A stretch of 64,000 nucleotides of DNA from NCBI GenBank assembly GCA_963736855.1, contig CAVTQK010000006.1:64001-128000 (forward strand). The letters run 5' to 3'. The stretch is from an uncultured delta proteobacterium. Lineage in GTDB: Bacteria; Desulfobacterota; Desulfobacteria; Desulfobacterales; UBA2156. The translations under genes and the position numbers were made by a program. Below the pieces are notes generated by a model. It made no database searches and was not told the origin of the DNA. It was given only the letters and a program-made list of their open reading frames with translations. Below are positions 60,864 through 64,000 of this stretch, piece by piece (within the stretch, counting starts at the first letter, position 1; each line of letters begins with the position of its first letter).

Positions 60864-63800
60864 ATGAAGATTCTACGCTTTTTTGAAACGAAGGTGTGGC
60901 CTCGGACGGCCGGTATTGCAGGATGGCTTACGCCGTATCTTAAGGCCAACATCTTTTTCGCCAGGGCCTTATCAAGCGTTCCGGCTAATTCCATCGTCTT
61001 TTTTCCGGTTGCGATGAACCGTCTGTGTTGCGGTATTGCCGGAATCATATCATTCGTCCCTCCAAAGAAAATGCAACAGACACCGGATATCCAAGCGGCT
61101 GAAAAGCTGTTTGCCCGCATTCGATCCAACCCGATTTTCTTGCAGGTCGAAAAGGATCCTGAGAGCGGGGACCCGGAAAATCTGCGATCCCGCCTTTTTG
61201 ATGCCGTTCGAATGCTCAAGCAAGATATCCCTTTTTCCCACATCCTTTTGAATCCGCACAGTTACGAGGGTCTGCTGCAACTTGGCCGGGATATCTCCGG
61301 TTTTGCGATATCGGAAGACACATGGCTGGCCGGGAAGATGGGAGTTTTAAAGCCTGAAACCGTGGAATACGCCGTGCATGGCATCGAAACCCTGAAGGAC
61401 GTATCCTGGTCTCTGCTTTCTGAAATCGGCGAAAATGTGATCAAGGTGAAGGCACTCCTGAAGGATCAGGAAAAGGACTACCCCTTACACGCGATCCTTA
61501 CGGCCAAAAAAATCAATTCCGTACTCAACAGCATCGACCGCCTTGAAGTCAGGGGCCGGGACTCTGCCGGCATCTCCCTGATTGTGCTTCTCGACAAACC
61601 GGTCTTTGATGATTTTCAAAAGGCCCTGGATGCCCGGGACCTGACCGCATCGTTTCGAGATCGTATGGAAGCGGAATATTTAGTTAATCGGGGAATCGAT
61701 TGCCGCGAAACCACCTATGAAAACAGTCGCCCCCTCGTCAGCGTGACTTTGACTTACAAAGTCGCTGCGGAAATCGGGAAACTGGGGGACAATGTCCGTT
61801 TTCTTCGAGGACAAATCCGAAATGATTCCATTTTTCATACCCTGATCCAGCACATTCCCCGGTATTACTCGATATTGTGCCACACCCGATGGGCTTCCAT
61901 CGGCGGCATCACCGAAGCCAACTGCCATCCTGTAGACAACCATTGTCCGGGCACATCATCTCAAAAATCTGGCGTCATTCATGTCTGCTTGAACGGTGAT
62001 ATCGACAATTATCTGGATCTGAAAAGAACCTTTGACGAAAACGGGATCCGCATCCACCCCGAGGTCTCAACGGACACTAAAATCATCCCCCTCCAAATTG
62101 GAAGCTATCTCAAAAAGGGCTTCGGAGTCGCGGAAGCGTTCCGCCTGGCGGTCAACGGGTTCGACGGGTCCCATGCCATTGCCATGCACACGGACTTAGC
62201 GCCGGGAAAGCTCTTTTTGGCCCAAAGGGGAAGCGGACAGGCGATTTTCGTCGGCATTGCCCCGGACCATTACATCCCCGCCTCAGAGGTGTATGGTTTC
62301 GTGGAAGAAACTCCCGTTTACATCAAGTTGGAAGGCGACAAAGAAACGGCGGAAAAAACCAAAGGACAGATCTTCATTCTCAATCAGGCTTGCGCCGGCG
62401 GGCTTTCAGGCATTTCCGCCATGGGGTATGACGGTTCCCCGATCTTGCTTTCGGATGCCGACTTGAAGACCACGGCGATTACCTCCCGGGACATCGATCG
62501 ACAAGGTTTCTCTCATTACTTTCTGAAAGAAATCTCCGAATCCCCTCGTTCGGTCAAACAGACCCTCCGGAATCGATGGCATATTGAGGAAGGCCCTCAT
62601 CGACTGTACAAGGTAAGACTCGATGAGAAGTCCTTTCCGTCCGCCCTGCGGCAGGCATTCCTTGACAACCAAATCCGACGGATCTTTTTCATCGGCCAGG
62701 GAACGGCCGGAGTCGCCGCCGCCGCCTGCGCTGAGATTTTCAACTATTACCTCAATGACTCTTTGCTGCACATCCACGCAATGAAAGCCACCGAGCTGAG
62801 CGGGTTCCGTCTTGACGAAAAAGATGGGGCGACCGATATGGCCGACGCCCTGGTGGTTGCCATCTCCCAGTCCGGAACCACTACCGATACCAATCGGACT
62901 GTGGACATGGTCAGGGAAAGAGGGGCGCATACTCTGGCTATCGTGAATCGGAGGGACTCGGACATCACTTTCAAGGTTGACGGCATCTTCTATACCAGCA
63001 GTGGCCGGGACATCGAGATGTCCGTGGCTTCCACCAAGGCCTTCTATTCCCAAATCGTGGCCGGGGCGCTCTTGGGCCTTTACATCACTGATCTGAAAAA
63101 TCGCCGGGACGCCGCGTTTATTTCCAAAGAGATCCAAAACCTTCTCCGACTCCCGGAGCAGATGGAAACAATTCTTTCCACAAAAGATAAAATCGCTGCA
63201 TCGGCTGCCAGGCTGGCCGTCACAAAAACCTATTGGGCAGTTGTGGGAAGCGGTCCCAACAAGGTGTCCGCAGACGAAATCCGGATCAAACTGAGCGAAT
63301 TGTGTTATAAAACCATCTCTTCGGACTATGTGGAGGATAAAAAACATATCGATCTTTCCTCGGAACCCTTGATTATTGTATGTGCCGCCGGCACTAAAAC
63401 CACCGTCATTTCCGACATCGTCAAAGACACAGCCATCTTTCATGCTCACAAGGCAACCCCCATCGTCATAACCGACGATGGAGATCATCGGTTTGATCCC
63501 TATGCCGCAGACGTCTTTCATGTTCCCATGGTCGACCAGCACCTCGCCCCCATATTGAATACCCTGGTAGGACACATTTGGGGGTATTACGCCGCCTTGG
63601 CCATCAATGAGGGCTCCCGATTCCTCTTTGATTTTCGGTCAAACCTCCAGAAAATCATAGATGACCACTCAGCAAAAGGGTTGGACATCTACGAATTAAT
63701 GCTGGAGGAAACGTTTCGGGAAAAAATTATTTCATTTTACCATGCATTCCGCAAGAAGAAGGCCGACCACCGGTTCTCCGGCACCATCGGTTTCGACATC

Positions 63801-64000
63801 GCATCGGAACTGCCCCTTTTGCTCAAATATCTATCCGGCAGGCTCCCGGTGACAGACTTCGAGCTCGATTTCGGTCTCAAGGGGACAGCCTCCAACATGC
63901 TGCAATCCCTGTTTCATTATCTGGGCAAATCCATCAACCAAATGGCCCGACCGGTGGACGCCATCAAGCATCAGGCCAAGACCGTCACTGTCGGGACCAG
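60864..64000 (+). CDS. Giant GlmS-like glutamine amidotransferase/SIS protein (3' end outside window)
   Basis: One frame from 60864 to the window edge: CCGIAG (61026), LEVRGRDSAG (61542), HTRWAS (61881), LNGDIDNY, ISQSGTT, SVASTKAF, KLSELCY, AKTVTVG; start 60864 or 61014. Confidence 0.88.
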   Translation, partial: MKILRFFETKVWPRTAGIAGWLTPYLKANIFFARALSSVPANSIVFFPVAMNRLCCGIAGIISFVPPKKMQQTPDIQAAEKLFARIRSNPIFLQVEKDPESGDPENLRSRLFDAVRMLKQDIPFSHILLNPHSYEGLLQLGRDISGFAISEDTWLAGKMGVLKPETVEYAVHGIETLKDVSWSLLSEIGENVIKVKALLKDQEKDYPLHAILTAKKINSVLNSIDRLEVRGRDSAGISLIVLLDKPVFDDFQKALDARDLTASFRDRMEAEYLVNRGIDCRETTYENSRPLVSVTLTYKVAAEIGKLGDNVRFLRGQIRNDSIFHTLIQHIPRYYSILCHTRWASIGGITEANCHPVDNHCPGTSSQKSGVIHVCLNGDIDNYLDLKRTFDENGIRIHPEVSTDTKIIPLQIGSYLKKGFGVAEAFRLAVNGFDGSHAIAMHTDLAPGKLFLAQRGSGQAIFVGIAPDHYIPASEVYGFVEETPVYIKLEGDKETAEKTKGQIFILNQACAGGLSGISAMGYDGSPILLSDADLKTTAITSRDIDRQGFSHYFLKEISESPRSVKQTLRNRWHIEEGPHRLYKVRLDEKSFPSALRQAFLDNQIRRIFFIGQGTAGVAAAACAEIFNYYLNDSLLHIHAMKATELSGFRLDEKDGATDMADALVVAISQSGTTTDTNRTVDMVRERGAHTLAIVNRRDSDITFKVDGIFYTSSGRDIEMSVASTKAFYSQIVAGALLGLYITDLKNRRDAAFISKEIQNLLRLPEQMETILSTKDKIAASAARLAVTKTYWAVVGSGPNKVSADEIRIKLSELCYKTISSDYVEDKKHIDLSSEPLIIVCAAGTKTTVISDIVKDTAIFHAHKATPIVITDDGDHRFDPYAADVFHVPMVDQHLAPILNTLVGHIWGYYAALAINEGSRFLFDFRSNLQKIIDDHSAKGLDIYELMLEETFREKIISFYHAFRKKKADHRFSGTIGFDIASELPLLLKYLSGRLPVTDFELDFGLKGTASNMLQSLFHYLGKSINQMARPVDAIKHQAKTVTVGT

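Noticed and set aside
62406..63575. 389-aa minus-strand ORF
   Set aside because: Antisense shadow of the GlmS-like gene

Overview
Core chromosomal segment of a sulfate-reducing deltaproteobacterium; protein style and gene order suggest Desulfobacterales (inference). In order: (1) minus-strand tRNA(Thr,Tyr,Gly,Thr)-tuf-rpmG-tRNA(Trp)-secE-nusG-rplKAJL-rpoB-rpoC cluster, with rpoC running off the left edge; (2) MltD-like LysM transglycosylase, a lipoprotein made of two subtilase prodomains, a frameshifted S8 protease with a CFI-box C-terminus, and a T2SS in the order gspFGHIJKLMNCDE plus a TPR protein and a class III CoA-transferase; (3) plsC-rnj-ftsK; (4) TPP riboswitch-thiM-thiE-thiL, an ogt remnant and a ferredoxin; (5) surE-HD nuclease-tmk-[cysteine synthase::CysRS-like fusion]-hypothetical; (6) lptD, heptose genes, a NusG paralog, holB-PSP1-metG, a PBP, kdnAB and a giant GlmS-like gene running off the right edge. 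The most notable observations are a parvulin-like domain inserted in RNA polymerase beta-prime, a cysteine synthase fused to a CysRS-like domain that has lost its ATP-binding motifs but kept its Zn/Cys and anticodon residues, a MITE family with 6-bp target duplications (one copy nested in a second repeat whose empty allele is also in the window), and a heavily expanded GlmS-like protein. All assignments are by eye from motifs; no database searches were run.
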